Positions 1 through 13,644 are shown, counted from the first letter of the stretch. The stretch: 64,000 bases of DNA from Octopus vulgaris (GCA_951406725.2 OX597827.1:67208001-67272000); one strand, 5' to 3'. Program-made: numbers and translations. Notes: a model not told the origin generated them from the letters alone.

Positions 1-478
1 ATTTGCAACGTCTAAACTTTTAAATATGTAAAGAATGCCAGAAGCAAACGTCTAACTTCTCAGTGATAACCTGGAAATAAACAGTATGCCCGTGCACACA
101 AACACCCTTTACACACAAATGTTCGCACACACACGCCCACACACACACACACAAATGCACACACTCACAAGCACACAAACTGAATCAAACGTAAACAGAC
201 ACCAGTGGTTACATAATGTAACGTATAGGATTTCGGTGATTCATCATATTTCTGTTTAGACTTTTTCGTGTTATATTTTGCTTGTTATATTTATTCCTAT
301 TCTGTATTTTTTTCGTGTTTTATCGTTTTTTCTTAATTCCCAAGGTAATATGACAGTGATGAATGAAGTTATGCCGACATAGCTCGGCGCATATATTTGT
401 ACAATAAGGTCTTTTACTCTTGAAGCATAAGGCAAAAATTTGTACTTCCGTACAAAACCACTATCTAATATACATGCG

Positions 479-515
<37 letters not shown>

Positions 516-521
516 GATGCT

Positions 522-581
<60 letters not shown>

Positions 582-584
<3 letters not shown>

Positions 585-766
585 GAGTTGGACAAAATAA
601 TGTAAACACCTTAAAATTTCAAACAAATTTATAATAATACGTGGTAGGACCGCTTTGCTGGTAACTACACCTGGAATTCTACGAGGTATGGAATCGTACA
701 AATTTGAATTGTTTCCAAAGGAAATTTTGTCCATTCTTCATCTAAAACAATCTCAAGGTCTTGCAG

Positions 767-808
<42 letters not shown>

Positions 809-1099
809 CGACAACGACGACGACGACGATGATGATGATGACAATAATAATAACAATAATAATAATAATAATAACAACATCGAAAAATACCTTAGGAACG
901 AGAACCCACGTTCGAAATTTCCCTAGACACCTGATGAAGCCTGGAGGGTATAGCAGCCGAAACGTTGTGTTAACAACAAACAAGATGAGGACAAATATCC
1001 GTCAAATGCAAATAAAGTAAATAATATTAAAATTTTATAGATATTTCAAAATTATGATGCTATGATGGTAGGTGTTTCCATTATTTTGTCCAGCTCCTG
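582..1099 (-). mobile_element. Internally deleted Tc1-type DNA transposon
   Basis: 29-bp TIRs CAGGAGTTGGACAAAATAATGTAAACACC (582-610) and GGTGTTTCCATTATTTTGTCCAGCTCCTG (1071-1099), 2 mismatches, flanked by TA. Minus strand ~640-770 gives a frameshifted Tc1 transposase C-terminus (SSLQDLEIVLDEEWTK / NLYDSIPRRI). Confidence 0.85.
926..971 (+). ncRNA. Minimal type I hammerhead ribozyme motif in a ~150-bp element (876-1025) following an (AAT)n tract
   Basis: GACAC-CTGATGA-A-GCCTG(GAGGGTATAG)CAGCC-GAAAC-GTT-GTGTT. Core is intact, stem I is GACAC/GTGTT, stem II has one mismatch, and AACGTT is a palindromic stem III. Confidence 0.7.
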
Positions 1100-1108
1100 T
1101 ATATATAC

Positions 1109-1184
1109 GTGGTAAGAAGCTTGCTTCCCAACCACATAGTTCTGGGTTCAGTCCCATTACCTGTCACATTGGGCAGGTATCTTC
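1109..1184 (+). mobile_element. SINE family A, head fragment
   Basis: Matches the head of the copies at 3324, 20622 and 52482. Confidence 0.7.
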
Positions 1185-1233
1185 CGCCCATTAGAGTTAA
1201 TTCCTAGAATTTTAACGGTTTTTCGTAGGGTCT

Positions 1234-1304
1234 GTTACCATTAATAGCCGACGAGAATGTAATGTCGCTTTGACATTCGGAACTCTGAGTATTATAATGG
1301 CAAC
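1234..1304 (+). ncRNA. Degenerate type I hammerhead ribozyme motif
   Basis: GTTACCATTA..CCGACGA-GAATGT(loop)ACATTC-GGAA-CTCTGAG-TA..TAATGGCAAC. Stem II is a perfect 6 bp and stem I is 10 bp with one mismatch. There are two core substitutions (CCGA, GGAA). Confidence 0.5.
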
Positions 1305-1371
1305 CTTTTACTGTCTGTTCTAATTTATAACATGCATACATACATACACACATACGTATATATATGTATAC

Positions 1372-1389
<18 letters not shown>

Positions 1390-1403
<14 letters not shown>

Positions 1404-1739
1404 AAATCTGTCTTGTCTGTCTGTTTCCAAGGATCTCGGGCATCCTCCATCCGATTGCGCTCAAATTTGATATGTAGATACCGACGGTATTAGGGTGTGT
1501 ATAAGTCTTGAAAAAATTACAAAATTCGATTCCAGGTGAGAATGCGATCGACAAACATTCTTTGGAATAGAAAAAAAATCTCTCTTTATTTCTTCTTTTG
1601 CTGGTGTTTCAAATATAAGTCAAATCAGTGTTTCTTAAAGGGGATGCCTATGGGACGGTCGGACAAGTTGTTTTAAGAAAATTTGGTTTAAATGTTTGAC
1701 AACTCAGCACCGTCCATTGGACAGGGGGCGTTTTGCTCG
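1390..1739 (+). mobile_element. Probable non-autonomous Helitron-like element
   Basis: TATATAAAA start, (GTCT)n, CCGATT..AAATTTG motif, and a 3' hairpin before CTCG|T. Architecture parallels 7928 and 53842. Confidence 0.45.
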
Positions 1740-2168
1740 TATATATATATAAATATATATATAAATATCCTACCCATTCTCTCTCCCTTTCTGTATATAT
1801 ATATATGTATGTATGTGTGTGTGCTTTTGTTTGTGTGTGTGTGTGTGTTAGTAACTATTTTCTATAAATAATTAACGCATTTGACACAGCTTACCATGTC
1901 TAATTTCTTTGCTCTGTCATTGCTAGATGAAAATCCTTTTGGCTCCAAGTAGCGGGAACCATAAGAGTATATATATTGATACACGCTTACACACGCGTAC
2001 GAGCGAGCACATATGCACTCATACACTCACACACACACACACACACAGAGTCAAGAATGCACACAAGCGCATTAATCAATTGCCATAGGAATTATGAAAT
2101 ATAGGCAACGAGCAAGTTTCGACTTGGCAATCTCTCTTCATTTTTTCTCTCCGTCCTCTGTCTCTCTG

Positions 2169-2204
<36 letters not shown>

Positions 2205-2702
2205 CACTATCTCTGTATTTCACTCTCTTTCCACTCACTCTCCCCAAGAAATGATAGCCAAATATCCTCTTAAAAGACAACCAACTGATATAAAATACAA
2301 GAAAAACACTTGCATCAGATCAGGAAGATCGAATATAAATTGTTTGCGGTTGGAAAGCATTATGCCATTCGGCTAGGGCTAAGCGAGTAGCGTAAGATCA
2401 CGCTGGTTGTTGTTCATATTTATCTATAAGTCAACACTGAGCGAACGACTGATCAAAGGCGTTTCTAACATTGGATATCCCGTCTAGTTGTAATAGCTAA
2501 GGTAAATGGATCTCCGACTGAGCTAACCTATGATCAAAGGCTTTCTAACCGTAAATATCCTGTCTACATTTAAAGAGTAATAACTAAATTAAATGGATTT
2601 ACGTCGGCTTCGACGATGACGATTGAGTAGTTCGATGAATTGTGTTATCTGATCAATGAGTTGGCGAGAAAACGGTTGAGTATTCTGCAGAAACATGTAC
2701 CT

Positions 2703-2856
2703 ATTTCTTTACCACCCACAAGGGGCTAAACACAGAGAGGACAAACAAGGACCCACAAATGGATTAAGTTGATTATATCGACCCCTGTGCGTAACTGGTA
2801 CTTATATAATCGACCCCGAAAGAATGAAAGGCAAAGTCGACCTCGGCGGAATTTGA
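2703..2856 (-). mobile_element. SINE family B (Nin/Deu-like core), 5'-truncated, 14-bp TSD
   Basis: Reverse complement of the 55292 copy. TSD AGAAACATGTACCT at 2689-2702 and 2857-2870. Sits inside an older degenerate SINE tail. Confidence 0.9.
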
Positions 2857-2948
2857 AGAAACATGTACCTTTGATGTAATAATTCTCAGCGAGACTCAGT
2901 GTGTAACACGATTCTACCTGTAAATTACAGCTACACTCGGCATGTCAA

Positions 2949-3235
2949 GGTGCGTGGCTTAGCGGGTAGGGATATTTGGCTCACGAGCATAAGGTCATGC
3001 CTTCGATACTTGTTGTGTCTTTGGGCAGAGCACTTCATTTCTCGTTGCTCTAATCCTCTCGATTAGCAAAAATGAGTAGTACTTGTAACTCACTAGAGCC
3101 AGCCTTCTCCCATCCTGTGTCACGCTGAATGTCCCTGAGAAGCTACGTTAAATGTACGCGCATCTGTGGAGTACTCAACCACCTGTGCGTTAATCTGAAG
3201 AACAGGCTGTTCCGTTGACAGGTGAACTAGAACAA
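2949..3235 (+). mobile_element. tRNA-derived SINE (family C), diverged
   Basis: tRNA-like head GGTGCGTGGCTTAGCGGG..TTCGAT. 3' module is shared with 33259 and 62684. Confidence 0.7.
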
Positions 3236-3323
3236 TCAGTGAATCGATTGTTAACTGTTAAAAATCGGCTCAATAATTTTTTTAGTCAGTTCCCAATGGT
3301 CTTTCAGAAACTTTCATTCATAT

Positions 3324-3528
3324 GTGTAGGAGTGGCTTTGTGGTGAGTAGCTTGCTTACCACCCACATGGTTCCGGGCTCAGTCCCACTGCGTGGTACCT
3401 TGGGCCAGTGTCTTCTGCTATAGCCTTGGGCCAACCAAAGCCTTGTGAGTGGATTTGGTAGACGGAAACTGAAGGAAGCCCGTCGTATATATCAATATGT
3501 ATATATGTGTATGTATATATATGTATAT

Positions 3529-3596
<68 letters not shown>

Positions 3597-3668
3597 GTAT
3601 GTACGTGTGTGTATATGTTTGTGTGTCTGCGTTTGTCCCCCCAACATCGTTTGACGACCGATGCTGGC
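3324..3668 (+). mobile_element. SINE family A with internal (TA)n
   Basis: GGAGTGGCTTTGTGGT head, ..AAGCCCGTCG(TA)n..TTTGTCCCCCCAACATCG. Repeated many times in the window. Confidence 0.85.
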
Positions 3669-3935
3669 ATTACTTTTTGACTCGCCCTCGTATTTCTTCT
3701 CTTAGATCAATCATGATAATTAGACGTAATGATTCGATGCTTTCTATCAAATGATTTCATTTTACTTTCGAACATATTCATCCGATGTAGCTTTCTTTAT
3801 TCAAAGCAGTTGATTTCATTTAAGAGGAAGTGTTGGTTGCTATTTCTTGAAAGGGTAATGAGCTTGGAGACTGTTACTCTTTCACTGTCTTTGGAAAATT
3901 CCTATGGCAGTTGGTGCATGTATGTGATTCTGCGT

Positions 3936-4006
<71 letters not shown>

Positions 4007-4190
4007 TGTGTGCATGCGCGCATATATGCGCGTGAGTTAATATATTCTTATGGTTTCATCTTCTTGAAACCATATAACATGCTATTAAATAGGGAGAGAA
4101 AGAGAGAGAGAAGAAGAAGAGGGGAGAGAGAGGGAGACGAGATGGCAAGATTGAAAGGGAAAGAAAGAGAAACAGAAAATGCAGAGAGAA

Positions 4191-4224
<34 letters not shown>

Positions 4225-5160
4225 TGAGAGACAGACATTTAGACATAAAAATGGATCTTTGTTTCTGTCACAATATAGCCATCAATGGAACAAGACTACT
4301 CATGCTTATGTAATAATTTCGTTGCATAATGTCCACGGAGACTATTTATCAATGAATAGCAGTTTGAATCTATTTTGATGTATTTTGTCCGCAGCGCAGT
4401 TATATTAACTTTAATATCAATACATGTTAATAGTGTGTTCGCTCACATATTATATTTTACTTATATGACTATTTGCCTCCGCAATATGGTTTTATTGCCT
4501 TTCAAATTCGTTTGACTCAACGGTGGTTAGTTCGTTAATATTGATTGAATATTATATTTCACTACACTGAAATTTCATGGAAATTTTCTACTTGAGATTT
4601 TATTTAAGTTGTCAATTAATACAGCTTTTGTATCTCGGTAACCTTCAACAGATATTGGCAATAGTTTAATAATTTCGCGTTTGTGTCTTCAAATTACGAC
4701 TTCTTTCATTTTTCCCTTCGTTTTCTTTCTTTTTTAGTTTTAATTTTCTCTTTGTTCTAAAGTTTGTTCGAAATCTATCATAAAACGGAGATTAAAATTT
4801 CAATTTATCGAAAGCAATACGCGAACATTAATTAAAGAAATATCCCATTGTTGTAACAATTGAAGTTGTAAAATAGCAGTTAAAAAGAAGCGCTGTACAG
4901 CTATAGTGATGTAGTGAATGTCTATCCTGACATTATTATGTTTGTCACGAACATAATCGGAAATGACGACAGGTTTTGGGGCTCACTGATGATAAATGAG
5001 TGGGTGAATCGTTTCTGTACGTTCTAACAGAGGCCAAACAAAACGTTTAATTCTAAACGTAGTCATTGCATTAAGTTATAATTAAGAACACCCCCAAGAA
5101 ATAACCTAAATACAATTCATCTTGTTAAGATTGAAGATTAATAAGCCATTATAATCCATA

Positions 5161-5325
5161 GGCGTAGGAGTGGCTGTGTGGTAAGTAGCTTGCTTACGAA
5201 CCACATGATTCCGGGTTCAGTCTCACTGCGTGGCACCTCGGGCAAGTGTCTTCTACTATAGCCTCGGGGCGACCAAAGCCTTGTGAGTGGATTTCGTAGA
5301 TGGAAACCGAAAGAAGTCCGTCGAA
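5161..5325 (+). mobile_element. SINE family A, left module
   Basis: GGCGTAGGAGTGGCTGTGTGGTAAGTAGCTTGC..GGTTCAGTC..AAGAAGTCCGTCG. Confidence 0.85.
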
Positions 5326-5699
5326 TACATATTTATACCAGTTTTATAATTCTGGACGAACACATTTTTTGTCCGTGTGTGTGTGTGTATGTGTGCATGT
5401 GAGTTTTGGTGTGTGTGTGTATGTGTGCATGTGAGTTTTGGTGTGTGTGTCTGTCTGTGCGTGTGAGTGTCTGCGTGCGTGTAAGACATTTGCGAAATTT
5501 GACGTTCATATTTTCATTAAGAGGAATTAGTATTGTCCTATGATCTCGTGTTTATATGCTATGAATTGTTACTTTGATATACTTAGACTTAGTTCAATTT
5601 CTCCAGTTCAATATTCTCTGCATCCATTGCATTTAAAGGCATACAGAAAACATTTTGAAGAAGAAGTAAAATGATATTTTTACAGTAAAATCTTGTTAT

Positions 5700-6560
5700 G
5701 ATATAAATCTCTAATTTGTCATAACTTCCACATTAACATCGGACAACGTGGCTGGCAGTTTCACATTCGTGTATAATTATTTGAGGGGTTTTGGTTGCGT
5801 TTACATTTCTGCATGAGAATTTCTTTCATGATTCAAATGTATTTTCCATCCTTAGGTTTTGGCGCATAACGGCATGTTCTAATGGACTATGGCGAATGTT
5901 TCCGTTTCATATATTCTGTGTAATTTATGATGGTGATTTGGGTGTATCTGAACTGTTTCTGTATTTTCGTTATTCTTCGATGTCTATTCCATCTATGCGT
6001 GCCATTGCATCCTCTGTTAGAATAGAATACTTTCTTTCGGCTAGCATCTGTTTTAAATCAAGGAGGTTTCCTTTCTTTTTTCATGTTATGCCAAACATTC
6101 GGATTGGAGTCAATTGCACGAATTCTACTACGTATATTAAATTGAATTTCGGATTTGATGTTTGGGGTGGTATGAATTAAACAGTAGATATTCTTTAGAA
6201 TATTTTGTAGCATATGACGGTCACTCTATTCATGCCATACTTTATAATCAAGTGTCTTTTTTATGACTAAATTCCATTGTGAACCGAAAAATGTTAACGC
6301 CATTAATAATTTGAAGCATCTGGATTGTATGTCTACAAGATAAGGTAGTGATATATCTACAGTTTCCAGTTTTACACTAGATAATGTTGGCAGTTGATAC
6401 CGTACTTTGTGTCAGCTTGTTCATGCATTCTTGTCGTGAACATATTTCCTAGATTTCAATTAAATTACAACCAGGAGTAACTTGTCACATGTGTCCTTAA
6501 TTTTCCTAGATTCTAGCGAAAGATTTTATGCTGATTTGATTTTTAATTATCTGCATTTCC
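5700..6560 (-). pseudogene. Possible highly decayed L1/Tx1-like ORF2 C-terminal relic
   Basis: Minus-strand pieces KVRYQLPTL..SLPYLVDIQSRCFKLL and CRN..ATKTPQIIIHEC resemble the post-RT region and a CCHC knuckle. Many stops. Confidence 0.3.
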
Positions 6561-6705
6561 AACGACCGCATACATATGATTTCGTTGATTCATCTTTGTT
6601 TCGCATTTGCCTGCAGAACATTAATATATATCATCTCGCTAATTTCTCTTATAGTGAATAATTACCACGCATTCATTAAATCAGCCCCTTCTGGCAGTGG
6701 GCTCT

Positions 6706-7034
<329 letters not shown>

Positions 7035-7927
7035 TGCGTGAACCTTTAGAATACGAGTTGCACGAGATACACAGCATCTGCGTAGGAGAGATATTAAAAA
7101 AAATTAGCATTCGACAAATTTGATTATAGTGAGCCAATATCGTTCACTCTATTCTGATATATGCACAAAGTACGGCACTCACAAATTCATAATCTTTTAA
7201 AATATAGGCACATTTCTTTTTACAGAGAGATGCGGTCGAGAATATATTGGAGTCATTTTACGCTATTATCTTCAGTAAATGCGGCGAGGGTCGTTAGATC
7301 ATTGGATAAAATGCTTTGCAGAATATGTTCCGATTCACTGCGCCCTGAAGTAAAATATCGCCAAGGTCAATTTAGATATTAAGGATTTTGGAAGCATTAA
7401 ATAAAGCACGAATACTGAGTAATGGTTTTGGCATTACTGTTAGATAGTTGTTGAAGATGTCTCATCGTCTCTGATCTAAATGTAGGGCCCAGTGTTCTGA
7501 CAACGCTCACCATGACGATACAGGTACCAAACAATATCACCCTAGTAGGCAGCCATTCCTTTTGCTGAGCAACGATGGCATGGAGAGATGAATCTTACGT
7601 GCATGAGCAATTAATAGTTTTCCTCAAAAATAATTCTTACCAGACCAAAGTATACGATCAGAGACGCAGCTCAACCTTCAGTAAATGAGTCACAAAATGT
7701 TCGTTATATTGACACTTACTCGCTATTGATATGTATTCGTATTTTTACCAAGACCTTCTTTGTTAGATAACTGTGACGCTTTCTGGGTTTCAAGCATATA
7801 ACACAGATGACAAAGGAGAGTTAAAAACAGTCATGAAGGCAGACAGAAACAACATATCTCTGCTTGCTTTGAATATTTTGAAGGATACAGGAATGCTCTA
7901 CTTGAAAGTAAGTAGTCATGATGTATA

Positions 7928-8301
7928 TCTCTCTATATATAAAGCTGAAGTTGTCTGTGTGTGGCAGGTTTGGTAGCCTTCAACTAACACTATCTCCTCC
8001 AAGACCCTGCGGCGCAAGTTGACCAAAATTGAAAGTTTGATAGAAGAAGGCTTGCTCTTCAAATCGGACTAAGTTAACACCAAAAATTATTTACATCAAA
8101 AAGGTGCTTTTTTTCCATGAAAATCCCTGATTTTTTTTTACGGTTTTTTGACTGCTGTTTCCCCATTTTTCGGTGTATTTCAACCAAAAAATGTTCACTT
8201 AAAGAGAATAACAAACTACATAATGCAAAACTTTTACTTTTCATAAATTCCAATTTTAAAGGGTCGAAACAAACCCGAGAAAAACCGGGAGATTCAGCTA
8301 G
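7928..8301 (+). mobile_element. Non-autonomous Helitron
   Basis: A|TC..TATATATAAA start, GC hairpin CCCGAGAAAAACCGGG, CTAG|T end, no TSD. Confidence 0.75.
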
Positions 8302-8585
8302 TATTCATATAAAATGCCGAATATTCTTTACTGTTACAAAAAAGACAGCGAGTTGGCGATAATCGTTAGCATGTGGCACAAAACCCCTAGCATCACTTCT
8401 TGAAACTCATTACAGTTTGAGATCAATTTCACCAATGTTAACATTGCTTTTTATACTTTCGGCGCCGCTAAGGACCACTTGGGCACTGGGCTCGATGTAA
8501 CTCCTCGTCCCCTAAAATTTGTAACCATTATTTAGCGTTGCGTTACAAGAAGTGAGAAAATGTCTTTATACGTATATCCCTATTA

Positions 8586-9039
8586 TCTTTTACTTGTTTC
8601 AGTCATTAGATTGAGGCCATGCTGGAACAACGCCTTGACTTTTATCTTTTGTTTATTCTTGTAAGCCTGCTTCTTAGTCTATCGATCTCATTTGCCAAAC
8701 CACTAAGTTATGAAGAGGGAAACACACCATCACCAGTTCTCAAGTACTAGTAGGGGACAAACAAAGGTACAAATCACACATACATGCAAACAAGAACACA
8801 CACACACACTCATACACATATATACATACACAGGGGGGTTTCTTTCAGTTTCCATCTACCAAATTCATTCACAAATTCATTTGGTCGGCCCCAGCATATT
8901 CTACCAAACCCACAAGTATTTAGTCAACAGACGTGCCAGCTGTAGTAGAACTGAGTTGCCTAAAGTTCCCCTGAGCAGGATTGAACTCGAAACAATGTGG
9001 TTGGGAAGATAGTTTCTTACCACACAGCTAAGCCTGCGC
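8586..9039 (-). mobile_element. SINE family A, diverged, reverse orientation
   Basis: Reverse complement of the family A tail (8586-8780), middle (8835-8890) and head (8960-9039). Confidence 0.75.
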
Positions 9040-9067
9040 TTAACAATAAATTGAATAAAGTTCTCTG

Positions 9068-9108
9068 AATTTGAGGTTTCGTGTGAATGAGCACATTCAT
9101 CAGCGAGT
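9068..9108 (-). ncRNA. Degenerate hammerhead-like motif
   Basis: Minus strand CTGATGA-ATGTG(CTCATT)CACAC-GAAAC-CTC. Core is intact and stem II is 4 bp, but stem I is weak. Confidence 0.35.
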
Positions 9109-9811
9109 TGCAACGTTTGATAAAGTAAAGAAACATAGGTATTAGGAAGTTCGCAGGCATTTGCACGTATCCGCCATGTAGTGCATTCGAGTTACAATAC
9201 AAAAGCCATAATTTTTCCGTGGACAATGAAGATAAAAATCTACAGTTTTTCACGTGAATTATTCGCTAAACATTAGTCTACGAACACCTTTTATATGGCA
9301 ATACAAATATCTATCATACTACGGAAGTATAAAGAACTGAAATGTCTGCATCTCCCTTACAGTTCAAGAGAAATAAATAGATATTATCTTATTTATTTGA
9401 ATATTAATATTTATCTATATGGTTATTTACAATATGATCTGCATACCTTTGAGCGCATTGTTAAATAACTATATAAGTGTGTGCCCACGAAAGCACACGC
9501 ACGGACGCATAATACACACACACACAAATACAAACAAAAACACGCACACACACATACACACAGAGACACACACAAACACACGCACTCATATATATGCTTT
9601 CATTTCCAAAGTGGCGCGAAAATGAACTTAATATGCATAATATGTCTGCAGTTAACTCGTGTAATGAGAGCAGAGAGCCTGTCTACCCCCGACACCGTGG
9701 CTACACTGAGTTTCCTGTTTCCGTTTCCCTCAGCGGCTCTCTCTTATTTTCAATAATTCTGCTGCAGCCCGTATATGTATATGTGTATATATGTATATGT
9801 ATATCTATCTC

Positions 9812-9877
<66 letters not shown>

Positions 9878-9981
9878 ATATATATATATATATATAATAT
9901 ATATGTATGTATATATATATATATGTATATATATACAAACACCCACACACGCATATTTGGGTGTCTGTATGTCTGTCTCTT

Positions 9982-10048
<67 letters not shown>

Positions 10049-10311
10049 ATTTGTTATCTTACTTAATTTTCTACACCTTCTTTGATATCTTTTATATTTA
10101 TTTTTTAAAACTTCAATATATATATATATATATGCGTTTCGAGGCATATATCTATTCTACTATTTAGCTATCAACAACTCTATCCATCTATCTATATTTA
10201 TCTCATCTATTTTTATTCATCTATTCATCTGTCAATCCATCTCTATCTATTTACCTATGTATCTACTTATTTATCTATCTAGCTAGCTAGCTATGTACCT
10301 TCCTACCTACG

Positions 10312-10347
<36 letters not shown>

Positions 10348-11270
10348 TAGATATATACATCTGTGTAGCTAGCTAGATAACACTGTATACCGTTGCGTAT
10401 TTTCTCCCTTCATCCCGCCCTCTGTATATATCCATACATATATATATATATACATGCACAAACATACATGCATACATACATACATACATACATACATACA
10501 TACATACATACATACATACATACACACTGGATTTTTTTATGTCGGTAATACTAATACGTATGGATACAAATATAAATATAAATATATATATATATAAATA
10601 TCTATCAATATGTGTGTGTGTGTTTGTGTGTGTGTGTGTCAATGTGTGTGTATGAGGATTTCCTCTTTGTCTTGCGCACGGTGATTGATGATTTCATTTT
10701 TTATTTAAATATCATATTATTCGTTCTTTGATCTCAAAGCTGGCAAAAATATCTTTAGCGATGTCATGACGAACATGACCTCAAGCCTCATCATCATCAT
10801 CATCATCATTATTATTATCATCACCATCATACTCATCCAGTGGTAATATTAGTAGTAATGTTTTTGCTGTTGTTTTTCTTGTTGTTTTTGATGTTGACGT
10901 TGATGTTGTTACATGAGAAGAGTCGTAGGAGGAGTAGTGTGAGACGTTTTTTATTGTTGTTGTTGTTATTGTTCGTGTTGATTCGCAACTTTCGGTGAAG
11001 TTTCGGCTTTGTTTCGAAACTTTGATACGAAAAAATAAATAAAATAATAATAATGATAATAATAATAATAACAATAATAATAATAATAATAATAACAATA
11101 ATAATAATAATAATAATAATAATGATAATAATAATGATAATAATAAAAATAAATAATATAAAATAAAATATAAAAAATATCGCATTTCATTAAAAAGCAT
11201 ATGTTCTGAAGAGAGTGTATGTGAGTACGTGATTATGTGTGCGTATATATTCATACTTGAGTACTCTATG

Positions 11271-11305
<35 letters not shown>

Positions 11306-11582
11306 ATGTGTGTGTGTGTTTGCTTTTTATATTTATACGCGTTTGCCTATGCGTGTGTGACTATGCGTGTGTATTATGTGTGCGTCTGTCGTTATGCGTT
11401 GTTTCAATTCCAGAAATTTGTCACAAACAATGTAAAAAAAATTTCGCTCATTTACTTTGTAACAGTACTCTCTCTCCCTCTCCCTCACCATCCAAGCAAT
11501 TTTTTTTCTCTTTCTCCCAGCTTCTCATATTTTCCTCTCCGCCTCTTTCTCTCTCTACTTCTCTCTATGTCAGTCTGTCCAT

Positions 11583-11646
<64 letters not shown>

Positions 11647-11974
11647 CTCTCTCTTTTTCGGTTATTTTCATTGTTCTTATCAAAATATCTCTATGTTGCT
11701 ATCGTTCTTCCTCTTACATGATTTTCCTCCTGTTTTTCCTGAAACATATAAGTTTTAACTTTATCTCACAACTTATTTTCCATTCATTCTTTTTACTTCA
11801 ACCTTTATCTCCTTTTCCTCTCTCTTAAATACACTTACACATGATCAGGTAAAACACACACTCTTGAATGTATCCGAGCCTGTGTGTGTGCCAGCAGTCT
11901 AATACATACATGCATACATACATACATACATACATACATACATCATTACATACATACATACAAACATACATACA

Positions 11975-12910
11975 TGAAAATTCCAATGAAGGAGCCTTAG
12001 ATCTAGGTTAGAAACCGGCTTTTTCTCTATTGACAAGAAATGTAGAAATATAACTGAATAATGACAAACATACATGCATATATATTTCTTTACTACCCAC
12101 AATGGGCCAAACAGAGAGGGGACAAACAAGGACAGACAAAGGGATTAAGTCAATTACATCGACACCAGTGCGAAACTGGTACTTTATATATACATGCATA
12201 CATACATACATACATGCATACATACATACATACATACATACATACATGCATACATGAAAATTCCAATGAAGGAGCCTTAGATCTAGGTTAGAAACCGGCT
12301 TTTTCTCTATTGACAAGAAATGTAGAAATATAACTGAATAATGACAAACATACATGCATATATATTTCTTTACTACCCACAATGGGCCAAACAGAGAGGG
12401 GACAAACAAGGACAGACAAAGGGATTAAGTCAATTACATCGACACCAGTGCGAAACTGGTACTTTATATATACATGCATACATACATACATACATACATA
12501 CATACATACATACATACATACATACATACATACATCATACATCATACATACATACATACATACATGCATACATGAAAATTCCAATGAAGGAGCCTTAGAT
12601 CTAGGTTAGAAACCGGCTTTTTCTCTATTGACAAGAAATGTAGAAATATAACTGAATAATGACAAACATACATGCATATATATTTCTTTACTACCCACAA
12701 TGGGCTAAAAATAGAGGGGACAAACAAGGACAGACAAAGGGGTTAAGTCGATTATGTCGACCCCAGTGCGGAACTGGTACTTTATTTATCGACCCTGAAA
12801 GGATGAAAGGCAAAGTCGACCTCGGCGGAATTTGAACTCAGAACGTAACGATAGACGAAATACCGCTAAGCATTTCACCCGGCGCGCTAACGTTTCTGCC
12901 AGCTCGCGCC
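11975..12910. repeat. Tandem triplication of a ~280-320-bp composite unit ending in a full SINE B copy (12683-12910, minus)
   Basis: TGAAAATTCCAATGAAGGAGCCTTAGATCTAGG.. recurs at ~11975, ~12255 and ~12573. Each copy is preceded by (TACA)n and followed by a SINE B tail. Confidence 0.9.
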
Positions 12911-13550
12911 CTTGCATATATGAATATATGTACTACGTACCTACGTATGTATGTATAATATACATATCCAGTATACTGCTGGTAGCGTGCCCAATTATTC
13001 ATACCTAAGTGCTGGTTATTGCATGGCAATTCCGCAATCGAATGTCATATATGGGTGGGAGTAAAAAGTGGTTTACCCTTAATTTATACGACAAGAAAAA
13101 ATGAAGGGGATACAAAAATGACATACATCAGCCGAAAGACATTCTATTATGTCTATTTATTCCAAACCAAAAGGGAGTATTATAAGAATACATACACATG
13201 CAAATACCGTGTGCTACACAAAGATATACTAGTAATACTAATAATTGTAATGCATAAAAGAGTGAAAGATTAAAATATCAGTTTCTTACGGCCGTTTCTG
13301 CCAAGAGGTCACGATATCTTCCATGCTAGTTCCATCTCTTCAGTGTTTTGTAGGGATGTGTAGATAGAGTTTGGATGTTGAGTGTGCATCTAGGCTTCAT
13401 TAGAAGGTCTAAATTGTTAGGAGAGCCGATACATACAAAAGCCAGTTACTAATAGTTACAGTATATTTTTTTTTATTAAAGAGGGCATAAGACTATGTAA
13501 TACTGTACCAAGAAATTTAATTTTCTTTTTATTCTACTCTGTGTGTGTAA

Positions 13551-13644
<94 letters not shown>

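Noticed and set aside
2108-2146. Minus-strand TGAAGA..GATT/AGTC..GAAAC
   Set aside because: Core C3 is missing and there is no convincing stem I or cleavage triplet.
10781-11022. Possible minus-strand terminal exon (T/S-rich, ending DDDDEA*)
   Set aside because: It is low complexity with only a weak acceptor, and no other exon is identifiable.
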